From NCBI RefSeq assembly GCF_963921235.1, contig NC_086097.1, positions 80,106,001 through 80,170,000 on the forward strand: a stretch of DNA of 64,000 nucleotides, in the 5' to 3' direction. Shown piece after piece: positions 51,524-63,535 of the stretch. The stretch's first letter is position 1, and each line of letters begins with the position of its first letter. The notes under the pieces are model-generated. The model was given only the letters and a program-made list of their open reading frames with translations. It was not told the DNA's origin and searched no databases. The position numbers and the translations under genes were made by a program. The stretch is from Mobula hypostoma. Lineage: Eukaryota.

Positions 51524-54500
51524 AGTGGAATAACGTAAAATATGTACATATTATTTTTTAATCTTAATGCTGGTACAAGCATCTGAACTACACTGTTTAA
51601 AGCTCCTCTGTCATTTTCCTTCTTCTTGCCTGAGGCACAAGGTGTAACGAGAGAGCTCTGGACGGTGGTGAACCCAAGTGCAGAGTAAGGTTTAGAATTA
51701 ACTGAGACTTGGAATAAACAAGATGACACAAATGAAATTCAAAGAGGAAATCACAAACAGCAGTACTAGAAATGGAACTCTTATGATTGAGCACTGAATG
51801 CTCAGCACGAGGCCTTTAAGTACTGACTTTCCATGAACAAATATGGCAGGCAATAATTGACAGTCTAAATCTTAAAGGAACAGTGGCAGCTAACCATACT
51901 CCGGGGAATTGGAGCACTGAAACTTGGATGCCTGCCACTGTTAATTGGGACCATGGCTTCAGCCGGCTCCTGATGGCCCAGGGCAGTCAGGATAGTGCTG
52001 GTGAAAGTCCTATCACAGCAGGGTCCAGGAAGTCCTGTAAAGAAATCCAGCACCTTTCTTCTGGGCCATATCTCTCCCAATCCACGAGGTACTGCCTTTT
52101 ACCTCAAACAATATGGGTGTCCAAAAGTCACAGGACTGTGTAAGTGGGCTGTCCCTCAACAATTCTAGGACATGAAGGAGGTTTGAAAACTGGAGCCAAG
52201 GGTTTGGCACTCAAGGGCTTGAGGTGGGATACTTGGAAAGTGGGGTGAATCCGCATGGTGCTCGAGTGTTGGAGACCTTAGGTAACTGGGTTGAGGCACT
52301 GCAGGATTTTGACTGGACCAATGTATTGAGAGGCCAGTTTTCTGGATTCAACCCACACTTGAGATCTCTGGTTGAAAGGCAGACCCACTGTCCAAGAAGA
52401 AGTGTTCGACTCTGTCTTCTCCGGTGGCTGGCCTGGTCTTTGCTGCAAATTGGCTGACAACAGCTCTCTCACCTTAACCCATTTCTGGCAACATCTCTGG
52501 ACTAGTTGGTCCGCTGATAGAACCCCCATCTCCGCTTCTTGTTTTGAGAATAACAGAGGACGGTACACAAATTGGCATTCGAAAGGGGATATCCCAATAG
52601 GCAAATGCTGAAGTGTGTTGTGTCCAAGCTCTGCCCAGATCAGCTGTCACTCCAGCTGGTAGGGTTCCCCAAGGTTAGACACCTGATGTTCTCTCTAGGT
52701 CCTGGTTCACCCTTTCCATTTGCCCATTGGTTTGTCGATGGAATCTGGACGATAGACTGGCAGAGGTCCCCATGAGCTCACAAAAGGCCTTCCAAAACCT
52801 AGAGGCAAACTGGGGCCCACGATCGAAGGTGATGTCCCAGGGGAAACCATGAATCCTGAAGGCTTACTGTAAAATGAGCTTGGTGGTCTCTGAAGCTGAT
52901 GGTAGTTTGGGAAAGGGTATGAAGTGGCAGGGCTTGGAGAATTGGTCTACAACCACCATCATTACTGTATTATCCTGAGAAGCTGAAATATCTGTGACAA
53001 AGTCTATAGAAATCTGGGACCAAGGGTGAATAGGAATGGGGAGAAGCTGAAGGATATGGGGAGACCTTGAGGATATGCTTGGGGTTCTTTATGTCAAGTG
53101 CAGACATCACATGCTAAGACAATGTAATCTCAGACATCTTTAGTCATACCTGGCCACCAGTAACGTCCTTTGATGAACTGTCGGGTGTGAACCAACCCTG
53201 AAGGGCTAACTAGGTTCAATGCATGTTCCCATTTGAGCATCTCTGAACGAATAGGTTTGGGAACAAAGGTACATCCAGGAGGACCATTACCTGGTTCTGC
53301 CCCATGTTGCTCGTGGCTTGGTGCACTATCAAGTCTACATTCCAGAGGATGGGCACCGCCACTCCAGAGCTGGGAATTATAGTTGAATAGTTATCTTCCC
53401 CATTAGGTGCTTTGAACTGTTGAGAGAGGGCAGCTGTTTTTTGATTTTTTGATCCAGGGAGGTAAGTAATAAGGAAGTTGAACCTATTAAAGAATGAGGA
53501 CTAATGTGCCTGCTGGGAATTCAGCTTCTTGGCATCCTAGATGTAGACTAGGTTTTTGTGGTCACTCCATACTACCAACAGATGATTGGACCCCTCCAAC
53601 CAGTGCCTCCACTCCTCCATTGCCAGCTTAACATCTCACAATTCCCAATTCCCCATATCATAGTTTGCCTCCATAGGAGTACGATATTTTGAGTAGAAGG
53701 TACAGGGATGCAGCTTGTGGTCTGAGGCAGGTCATTTGGATCAGATTGCCCATACTCCCATGTCCGATGTGTCGACCATCACCATGAAAGTCAAGTCCAG
53801 ATCCGGTGGAATCAGTAAAGGTGGGAATGTGAACCTTTGTTTTAACTTTGCAAAAGTAGCCATAGCCTCTAGGATCCAGTGAATGACCCAGTTGATTCCT
53901 TGGTGAGGTCAGTGAGTGGCCTGTAAAAGTTGGCAAAATCTTGAAACCGCTGGAGTTGCTTCACGGAGGTGGGCTGGGGTGAATTCTGCACAGTCTGGGC
54001 CTTATCGAAGTCCGATAAGTAGATTTGTAGACTTATAGGGTAAGTAGATTTGTAGGGATTTGTAGGCTGCCATTAGATATATCAAACGCAAGGAAGGAGA
54101 TTGTGGATGCATGGAATTCGCTCTTCCAGCTTGGCAAATAGTTGATCTCGGGAAACCATTGTAGAACTTGCCAGATGTGCTGGACAAGTTTCTGAGTGGA
54201 TCGGGAAACAGTAAGTATATCGTCTAGGTAGACGAAGACCAAGTGGTGAAGTATCTCCCGAGCATGTCATCGATGAAGGCTTGAGATATTGCTGGAGTGT
54301 TCGCCAACATGAAAAGTATGACCTGGTATTCGTAGTGACCCATAGGTGTGTTGAATGCTCTTTTCCACTCTTCTCCCTCACGAATGTGGATTAGGTTGTA
54401 GGCACTACGGGTGTCCAATTTGGTAAATATTGTAGCTCCCTGGAGAATTTCAGAGACCATGCTCATGACAGGGAGAGAGTACTGTTTTTTAACTAATCTT

Positions 54501-54964
54501 ATTTAGCCCCCTGTAGTCTATTCAGGGCCTCAGTCCACCATCCTTTTTAGAGACAAAGAAAAACCTGGTCCCAGTGGGAGATGTGGATGGTTGAATAAAC
54601 CCAAATGCCAGAGCTTCTTGGATATAGTCCTCCATGGCTTTTCTCTTTGGAGTAGATAGAGCTGTCCCTGAGGAGGACAAGTACCCAGTAGCAGATCAAT
54701 GATGCAGTCATAGTCCCAATGAGGTGGTAAAGTGGTGATCTTTTTTATTGTTGAAGACCTCCAGCAGATCTGAATGTTCTGGAGGCTATGAGGTTAGAGA
54801 TGGAAAGTTCTACAGGTAATTCAGAAGGCACATCAGAAGTAGTCTTAGAGGTTGAGTTAGGAGGTATTTTGGGAGGTGACTCGGAAGGTGTTTTAGGCCC
54901 CTTTGAGGCTTTTTTTTAGTCCTGGCTTGACCAGCCCAGAACAACACCAGTAGTCTAATAGACT

Positions 54965-55110
54965 AGCAACACACATAAAAATTGCTGGTGAACGCAGCAG
55001 GCCAGGCAGTATCTATAGGAGGAGGTACAGTTGATGTTTCGGGCCGAGACCCTTCGTCAGGACTAACTGAAAGAAGAGATAGTAAGAGATTTGAAAGTGG
55101 GGGGGGGTCT
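54965..55110 (-). mobile_element. PLE terminal repeat inserted in the Gypsy element
   Basis: Near-identical to 63002-63140; flanking duplication AGTCT(G)AATAGACT; hammerhead core CTGACGA..GAAA at 55028-55064 with CpG decay near the cleavage site. Confidence 0.88.
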
Positions 55111-55335
55111 GAGTCTGAATAGACTTTCAGGTTGTGGGATGACAGCCAGGGATGACCTACAATGAGTGATATTTCTTGGGAGCAAATGAGATGGAGCTGG
55201 ATTGATTCCACATGCTGGACAACCTTGAACTTGAATGAGATGGTTTGTGGTTGATATATCCCAGCACCAAAGGTCTCCCATCCAGGACCATGACAATAAG
55301 CCACTGGTTGAGATGTGAAAAGGAGATTTTCTTCC

Positions 55336-55772
55336 TTTTCAAATCTTTTTATTGTTATATTATACAAAAGAAATAACACGAGTACATTGAAGTAACACTT
55401 ACAATGTCTCAAAAAAGACATTATCTTAAGGATTGAAAAAAAAATTTGTGATAACAAAAAAAACCTACTAAGCAGAAAAGTGAGGAAAAAAAGAGCCCAT
55501 TGGGTGTACAACCCCGGAGCCATGCGTCATACAAAAAGCTTCTAAAAATAAACATCAAATTGCCAGCAAGAAAAGAAAATATACCAAAAAATTTACAATT
55601 AAATTGTGGAAAAAATCTATCAAATAGCTCAAATGATAATAACGTGCAAATGAGCCCCATCTTTTCTCAAAATCAAATAAAGGTTCAAAGGTTCGACTTC
55701 TAATTTTCTCCAAACTAAGACATAGCATCACTTGAGAGAACTGTTGTGACAAAGTGGAGCTGATATATCCTT
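55336..55772 (-). mobile_element. L1-clade LINE 3' end inserted in the Gypsy protease region
   Basis: SQVMLCLSLEKIRSRTFEPLFDFEKRWGSF is typical of a fish L1 ORF2 C-terminus; T-rich 3' UTR ending AATAAAAAGATTTGAAAAGG. Confidence 0.8.
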
Positions 55773-57054
55773 CAATCTTCTGGCCAGTTCAAGGTCCAAA
55801 AAATTCCCAGCTGTACCGGAGTCAATAAAGCCATTAAGAGAATGTTTTTGCTCCACTCTGGTGGGAGCTGAACCAGAAGTGAGGCTAGCAACCATTAAAT
55901 CTCCCTACACTGGATGGGCCTATGAGTTTCCTGGTAGGTCCAATAATGTTCATACTCTCCACTGTAAATGCAGCATCTCTCTCTCTCTCTTTCTCTCCTC
56001 GAGAGAGCCTGGTCCGGTTTATTTGCATAGGCTCCTCAGAAGCTTGGATTGGTGGTGGCCGAGTAGGAGCTCTAGCCTGGGGAGAAGGAGCGGATGGAGG
56101 ATAATCCAGAGGAATATACCCCTTCATCCATCCCTTCTCCTTTCCTTTACAGTGATCCCTCATGAGTATTGACGGAGTTTCCAGTTTGAAAATATCCAGA
56201 GCTAGCAGCCACTCTGGTCAAACTCAGATCCTGCCTACCAGATTCAGAGAGTTTCTGGAGAGTGTTGAGGATCTCCTGAAGCATATTGTCATCATAGGCC
56301 AATGTATTTCACAGACATTCATACTCTGCTGGGTTCATGAAGCCTCAAGCGTGCTGTAACAAGAGATCTTTGGATGTTGGTGAACCCAAGTGTAGAGTAA
56401 GGTCTAGATTAACTCAGACTCAGACTTGAAATAAACAAGACGGCACAAACAAAATGCAAGGGCAAAATCACAAACAGTAGTAATAGAAATGGAACTCCTA
56501 CAATTAAGCACAGAGTATTCAGCAAGAGACTTTTAAATACAGACTTTCCATGAAGGAATGTGGCAGACAATCACTGGCAGTCTGAGTCTTAAAGGAACAG
56601 CAGCAGCTAAGCATACTCCAGGGAATTGGAATGCCAAAACCTGGAGGCCTGCCCCTGTTCAGTCGGGACCAGGACACAAGGCTCAATATTGCTGAAGGTG
56701 TATCTGGCACATGATCTCACTATGAAACAATTCCACAGTGAAGGTTTGGTGAACATGGAGCTGATAGAAGTCCCATCCCATCAACTGTTGGATATGGACC
56801 TTGCTGCTTTGAGAAGTAGTTGAATGGTTGGGGTAAATATCACAGATGCATTTGAGAGGAACCCAAACAGGAAAATGAGAAAGAAAGGAACAGGAAGTTA
56901 TGCTGACAGGATATGGGCAGGAGGCCCTCTGAAAGTAAATACTACTACACCTCACTTCTGTAAACTTTATATAGAAACCATAGCCTAGATGTTCTCCAAT
57001 ATGATGAAAAAAAAGCCTAACAATAAGAAGCTCATAATTATAAATAAGGTAATA

Positions 57055-58855
57055 AATTAGAATCAGAAGCAGGTTTATTATCACTGGTATATATTGTGAA
57101 ATTTGTTGTTTTATGACAACAGTACAGTGCAAGATGTAAAATAAATAAGAAAATAAATAAATAGTACAAAAGAAGAAAAGTGAGTAATCTTCATGAGTAC
57201 ATGGATGGTTTAGAAATCTGATGCTGTTCCTGAAGCTTTGACTGTGGGTATTCAGCTTGTGTACCTCCTCCTTCATGGTAATGATAAGGAAAGGAAAGGG
57301 CATATACCAGATGGTGAGGGTCCTTAATGATGGATGTTGCCTTCTTAAGGCACCCCCGTGCGAAGATGTCTTCAATGGTGAGGAGTGTTGCACCCCTGAT
57401 GAAGCTGGCTGTGTCTACAACTCTCTGCAGCCTCCTTTGATCGTGCTCATTAGAGCTTCCATACCAGTCAGAATGCTCTTCACCGAAATTCTTTCAAAAT
57501 TTGCTAGTCTTTTGATGCTTTCCAAAATCTCCTCAAACTCCGAATGAAATATAACTGCTGGCATGCCTTCCTCATTCCTACATCAATGTTTTACCGAAAA
57601 TAGATGCTCCGAGATGTTGATGCTCAGACACTTGAAGCTGCTCACCTTTTCTACAACTGACTCCTCAGTGATGGCTGGTGTGTGTTTCCTGATTTCTTCC
57701 TCCTGAAGTCCACAATCAATTCCTTGGTCTTCCTGACACTGAGTGCAAGATTGTTATGACACCACTCAACCAACCAGATTTCACTCCTGTACACCTTCTT
57801 GTTGCCATTTTAAACTCCACCATCAACAGTGGTGTCATCAGCAAGTTTATAAATGGCATTTGAGTTGTGTCTAGCCACACAGTCAGTGGTGTAGAGAGAG
57901 CAGAGCAGTGGGCTAAACATGCATCCTTGAGGTACACATGTGTTGAATGTCGGTAAGGAGATGTTACTTCTGATCCACTCTCCCTGTGGTATTCTGATGA
58001 GGAAGTCAAGGGTTCAGTTGCAGAGGGGGTACACAGACCCAGGGTTTGATTAGTATTGAGGGGATGATAGTGTTGAACACCAAGCTGTAATCGATAAATG
58101 GCAGTCTGTCATATGTATTCTATTGTCCAGGTGCCCCAAAGTCAAGTGGAGAGTCAGTGAAATTACATCTCACTTATTGTGACGGCAGTCAAATAGCAGC
58201 AGATATGGTTTCATGCTCCAGCAGAAGTTAATTCTAACCTCTCAAAGCACTTCATCATAATAGATGTGAGTGCTATTGGGCAATAGTCATTAAAACAGCT
58301 TCACTTTTTCTTGGGCACTGGTATGATATATGCCCTTTTGAAGCAGGTGGGAACCTCTGACTGCAGCAGTGAGAGTTTGAAGATATCCTTGAGTACTCCA
58401 GCCAGTTAGTTGGCACTGGTTCTCAGTGCCCTGCCAGGTATACCATCTGACTTGCTGACTTGCGAGGATTCACCTTCTTAAAAAATGTTCGTACATCAGT
58501 CTCCAAGACAGAGGTCACAGGATTGCCATAAGCTGTGGTGATTCCCACAGGCAAAGTGTTATTCTTCCATTCAAAACATGCATAAAAGATGTTGAGCTTA
58601 TTGGGAACTGAAGCATTACTCTCATTTATGCTCTTAGGTTTCACCTCATACGAAGTAATTGCATGCAAAACCTGCCATAGCTGTTGTGCATCTGATTGTG
58701 TTTCTAACTTCATACAGAATGGCTTTTTCACTTTCATGATGGCTTTTTGTAGGTCATACTTGGACTTCATAGGGTTCTGGATTGCCAGTCTTGAATACTG
58801 TAAACTTAGCCCTCAGCACACAGCAAACCTCCTGGTTGATGCCCAATTCATTAAC
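57055..58855 (-). mobile_element. Rex1/Babar LINE, degenerate
   Basis: KSKYDLQKAI..DAQQLWQVLHAITSY; YKLADD at ~57835-57852; typical 3' end. Confidence 0.85.
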
Positions 58856-59029
58856 TAAAATCTGCATAAAATATATCATTATTAATCACAGAACCTGTGC
58901 CACAGATACAATGCAGAATATGAGTCTGAGGACAAATGGAAACAGAGAAAATATAATTTTTGTATTTTAATCAAAGCATTTGTCCATACTCCATATCTGT
59001 GAAGGTCAAGTCATTATATCTCCATCCAC

Positions 59030-59290
59030 CTTTCTCTCTCCCTCTGAAAGTATCACTGACTCCTTTCTTTTTCTCTCTCTCTCTTTCTTTCTCTCTCTCT
59101 ATCTCTCTGTCCTTAATTTCTCTCTCACTTTCTCTCTCTCCCTCTCCATCCACCAATTTTGTTGCTTTCCACCTCCTCTCTCTATTTCTCCTTTCTGTTT
59201 TTACCCCTCCTTTTTCTCTTTCACCATCTCCTATTTTTCACTCCGCTATTTCTTCCCCCAACCTTCTTTTTCTCCCTGCTGCCCACTTTG
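59030..59290. repeat. Pyrimidine-rich low-complexity tract
   Basis: Irregular (CT)n and CTTT runs. Confidence 0.9.
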
Positions 59291-59419
59291 TCCCTCAAGC
59301 ATCCATTCTCTGGGGCCCCAGCACGAGAATCAGAGCTTAACACTGAAGTAGCTTAAAAACATGACATGACTTCCTCACCGTGCTTCCCAGGACCTTTGCA
59401 CTGTGTTCTGCATCTAGAG

Positions 59420-59742
59420 CGGGGTCTTCCAACCTGGGGTCCACAGATCCTTTGCTTAATGGTACTGCACCATGGCTTAAAAAAAGGTTGGGAATTATTG
59501 TGTATTTACTATTTAAGTAGTATTTGAGTAATTTGTGCATATATTGGTTGATAAAGCATCCGTGTTCATTTATTCATTGCGAGTTATATGTATAAATATG
59601 TCAATTGGATACGTCATCACGCACATGATACATGTGCACCTCACTTGAAGTAAACTCAAAGTTAGACTATATTTCAGACTCCTGTGTCTTCTTTTGAATT
59701 AGTTTAATGTTTTGAAGTTACAAAACATAACAGGTATCTCTG
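59420..59742. mobile_element. Small hAT (Charlie-like) MITE inside the BEL 5' LTR
   Basis: TIRs CGGGGTCTTCCAACCT / AGGTTGGGAAT..CTCTG; 8-bp flanks ATCTAGAG / CTCCAGAG. Confidence 0.7.
59496..59732 (+). mobile_element. Solo LTR inserted in the right TIR of the MITE
   Basis: T(A)TTGTGT...ACATAACA ends; 5-bp flanks GGAAT/GGTAT; removing it restores the TIR. Confidence 0.7.
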
Positions 59743-59768
59743 CTCCAGAGGCACTGTTTATTTTGTAT

Positions 59769-60010
59769 GCAACACACATCAAAGTTGCTGGTGAACACAG
59801 CAGGCCAGGCAGCATCTCTAGGAAGAGGTACAGTCGACGTTTCAGGCCGAGACCCTTCGTTAGTCCTGACAAAGGGTCTCGGCCTGAAACGTCGACTGTA
59901 CCTCTTTCTAGAGATGCTGCCTGGCCTGCTGCCTGGCCTGCTGCATTCACCAGCAACTTTGATGTGTGTTGCTTGAATTTCCAGCATCTGCAGAATTCCT
60001 CGTGTTTGCG
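59769..60010. mobile_element. PLE head-to-head inverted terminal repeats (fold-back hairpin)
   Basis: 59769-59863 is the reverse complement of 59866-59972, with a 12-bp duplication in the right arm; 14-bp flanks TTATTTTGTATGCA / TTGTTTTGTATGCA. Confidence 0.92.
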
Positions 60011-63001
60011 TTGTTTTGTATGCAGTTTATTTTGTACAAACATCACTTCCTGTTCGTTAGCAGCATTTACATCATTTCCTGCATGGGCTCATTTGCATTT
60101 TGACTTGGAGTAAACATGTTAGAAACATCCATCTCTATCCACTCTTAATTTGTCTTGAGAACTCATCTTCATAGGCTTCAGCCACAGACTGGAAATGCAT
60201 CTGAATGTCATACGCCTCAATGCCAGCTTCCAACCCCAGCAGCATTGGTCGCTGAGCCTTGGAAGTCAGGTCAGAATGTGGTGCATCAATCGTGTCTTTG
60301 TGACACTCAAGCAAAACCATGATAAGCATTTCTGCAGAACAACCGGCACAAGAGCTGAAGCAGTAAGAATGAGGGCAGTGTATGCTAAGGACGAAGTTGA
60401 AATGCTAATGGAAAAAGCTCATATAAACATGGAGAAAGTATGCACAGACATGGAGAAAGCTTGTGTAGAAGCTACACGGAGTGCGCTCAAGGAAGAACGT
60501 GACGTTGAAGCTGCCTTAGTAGAGGCAAAGGTATATAAAGCAGCAGCTGACTTAGGCAGTGGTGGTCATCCCTCTAGGAATGAGAATGAAGAACTGACCA
60601 TTGGTGCAAGCCCTATAATACCACATAGTTGCTCAACAGATGATGAAGACAAAGGTAGAAACCAGACAAAGACAGAAGCCAGCTTCCTGTCATGCTTCAC
60701 ATCAAATTTTTAACCAGTCCACCTTATGAACTTGCGTCCTCAGCTTCAGATTCAATCCCAAAGAAAGACAAATCCTTATTTAAGGACGAGAGTGAAAGGT
60801 CACCCTACTTGGAAACACTTGGGTGTTCATCACTTAATAAGAGTAGACATGGAGTGAAGAGCATTGGTGACTCACTTTTCAACAGAAGCTACCGCAGAAC
60901 CAACTGCACAGCCCTCACTCGCTGACCAGGCTGTGGTGATAAATTACTGTTGGACAATAGTTTGACTGAGATGCTGAGTTTGGCCAGAGAAGCCCTGAGG
61001 CAGAGTCGGTCTGAATGTGAACAGTCATCCAAAGAGTGATGGAGAATCTGAGGAGATTAGCAAGGAGAACTGGAGAAGCAGTAATAATATATTGCAGAAT
61101 GCAGATGGACACATAGTGCAACAAACACCAGTGAACTCCAGGAAACTGAGCCAAGAACCTATTGACAATTCGGAAGAACTAGACCCAGATACAACTGTAA
61201 ATTCATGCCCTGCACCGTGGGCTACTGGTTCCAGTATATACACAGCAGAACACGGTGGGGAGCTAGCTGAGCATCCAACAGCTACTTCCCTGGACATGTT
61301 CTGGAACATCAGAAATTACCAGAAGCAGAGCTGGTGCATTTGTTGCAGAGTCAATAGGAGGGGAGATCTGCTTACCCCTGCCAACTCTCATTGATTGCAA
61401 CCATATTCCCAACAACAGGGATGAAATTCCACTCCTGAAGCTGTACATAGTCACTCACATCTTAAGGACATAGCTGACAAGATCCCCCACTCAACTCTTC
61501 TGCTGAGATTCTCCTGTTGATAGGTAGAGACACCATCTGTGCACTGTGCACATGAGGTACGTGAACAGCTCAATGGCTGGCACTATGCATGAATAGACCT
61601 GGGTTGGGTCATAGCAGGTAAAATCTGCCTCAGTGGTGCTCATCTGCCCACTGTTAGTGTATTTAAGACTAATGGGCACACAAGTCATTTCAGACCCTGT
61701 GAGAGTAATATCACTATGAAAGAGAAGATTGTAGAAATAGCCAAAGACAGCCTTTGCAGTAGTTGACACATTTGTAAGCAACTTCTCAGCACAGAGCAAC
61801 TGAATCGGGCAAAGGTTAGAATCCTTCTTGTTGTTCAAAGACAAGTGTATACAGAGGAAGTGCTGTGCTTCAAAAGCAGGAACCTCTTCCAATCTGAAGT
61901 TACCTTCATGAGCTCTGTACCTTTCTTGGCTCTGAGGGGCAACAGTGAGTTGTAGAACATATTAAGAGAGCACAACTCACTACAGGAATACCTCACCCAG
62001 TCATTATTCTGGGTGAGTCCCATGCCACCAGTCTGCTCATCAGATGTTGCCACGAGCAAGTATATCATCAATGACGGCATTTTCAAAGTGAGAACAGTTA
62101 AAGACTGTGTGGTAAGACTGCTTTCAAGACCAGTCTCTAAGACTATCCTTCTTTTGCCAAAGACTCAGTGAAATTTTAGTTTCAGTAGTTAAGTTTGACA
62201 TCATGGCTGTCAGACAGGAGTGTTCTGACTTGAGAAGCGCTGTTCATTTTGTATGCAGTTCATTTTCTACAACTATCACTTTCTGTTCCTGAGTTGTTTT
62301 TTACATCATTTCCTGCACAGATTAATTTGGATTTGGACTTGGAGCAAACATGGTACAAAGACATCCATCTCCATCCATTCTTTATTTGCCCTTGAAACAG
62401 CAATATCTTTTCACAAAGTTTTCTCATTATACATCCCGTGGAAAGCTTCCAGCTCCGGTAATTTTTGAGAAGGCGTTTAACTCCCTGCCTAGTTTAATAC
62501 ACAATGCACTGCGAGGGCAGTTGGCATTGGGTATGACCTCATTGGGTAAATGTCTCAAATGGGAAATGGATCAGTTGTGCAGGATTAATGCATGACCAAA
62601 CAAAATCTAGCTGGATTTCTCAAGTAGTGGAATTCTAACTGGAAATTGTTTTAATACATTGCGCTTTGTGGGAAATGAAAATCACCTTTCATTTACACAG
62701 CACTGAAACAAATGAAAATATTTGAATTTTGAGGTCTATCTTACATTCAGCAGGAATACTTGGACAATAATCTGGAGCAAAAACCTCAGCTAATTTTTTC
62801 CCTTCCCTTAAATGTCATAAATGAATTCATGAATGATAGAATACAGGTCTGAGATCACTGACCACATCAAGGTCTGCAGATCAAAACTGGAATAGTCTTT
62901 GGAGTGAAGTTTTGTAGGGGGTGGTGCATATTCTTATTGAATATTGAGTTAATTCAGTAGCTCAAAAATTTCACATGAAGAAAATAACTTCCATTGTAAT
63001 A

Positions 63002-63535
63002 GCAACACATATCAAAGTTGCTGGTGAACACAGCAGGCCAGGCAGCATCTCTAGGAAGAGGTACAGTCGACGTTTCGGGCCGAGACCCTTCGTCAGGACT
63101 AACTGAAGGAAGAGCTAGTAAGAGATTTGAAAGTGGGAGGGGGAGGGGGATTTCCAAAATGATAGGAGAAGACAGGAGGGGGAGGGATGGAGCCAAGAAC
63201 TGGACAGTTGATTGGCAAAAAGGATATGAGAGGATCATGGGACAGGAGGCCCAGGGAGAAGGAAAAGGGGGAGGGGGGGAACCCAGAGGATGGGCAAGGG
63301 GTATAGGCAGAGGGACAGAGGGAGAAAAAGGAGAGAGGGAGAAAGAATGTGTGCATATAAATAAATAACGGATGGGGTACGAGGGGGAGGTGGGGCATTA
63401 GCGGAAGTTAGAGAAGTCAATGTTCATGCCATCAGGTTGGAGGCTACCCAGATGGAATATAAGGTGTTGTTCCTCCAAGCTGAGTGTGGCCTCCTCTACT
63501 GCAAAGATGAAGCCACACTCAGGTTGGAGGAACAA
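63002..63535 (-). mobile_element. Young PLE 3' fragment with 5' inversion
   Basis: Terminal repeat plus GIY-YIG C-terminus (LEEQHLIFHLGSLQPDGMNIDFSNFR); 63467-63490 is inverted relative to 63512-63535. Confidence 0.9.
63064..63104 (-). ncRNA. Minimal type I hammerhead ribozyme motif with intact core
   Basis: Minus strand AGTC-CTGACGA-A-GGGTCTCGGCCC-GAAAC-GTC-GACT: helix I AGTC/GACT, core CUGANGA and GAAA, helix II GGGU/GCCC, GUC cleavage triplet, palindromic ACGU helix III. Confidence 0.8.

Larger units (their letters stand above)
51643..56676 (-). mobile_element. Decayed chromoviral Ty3/Gypsy LTR retrotransposon (Tf1/sushi-like)
   Basis: LTRs at 56355-56676 and 51643-~51957; 5-bp TSD CAAGG at 51638-51642 and 56677-56681. 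Gag start MNPAE at 56338 and EEPMQI; protease FIDSGTAGNF (~55800-55835); [16 protein letters not shown] (54200-54466); RNase [10 protein letters not shown]; integrase DFVT..HGFP.DI..DRGPQF; chromodomain [16 protein letters not shown] (~52045-52095). Confidence 0.95.
59404..62400 (+). mobile_element. Internally deleted BEL/Pao LTR retrotransposon
   Basis: Homologous LTRs at 59404-~60160 (with insertions) and 62221-~62400, both starting TGTTCTG. Gag N-terminus RAEAVRMRAVYAKDEVEMLMEKA; APWA..TAEHGGE; IPNNRDEIP; DLGWVIAG; integrase end VRTVK..RPVSKTILLLP; PPT-like CAGACAGGAG before the 3' LTR. Right boundary and TSD are uncertain. Confidence 0.85.

Noticed and set aside
52640..52655. CAGCTGTCACT (and AACTATCACT at ~62271) as the start of GPHN exon 2
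   Set aside because: Both are upstream of exon 1 and inside LTR elements, and neither continues as FRNLAEDRSG.
60195..60713. 172-aa coiled-coil ORF as a host gene
   Set aside because: Lies between BEL LTRs and resembles the BEL gag N-terminus.
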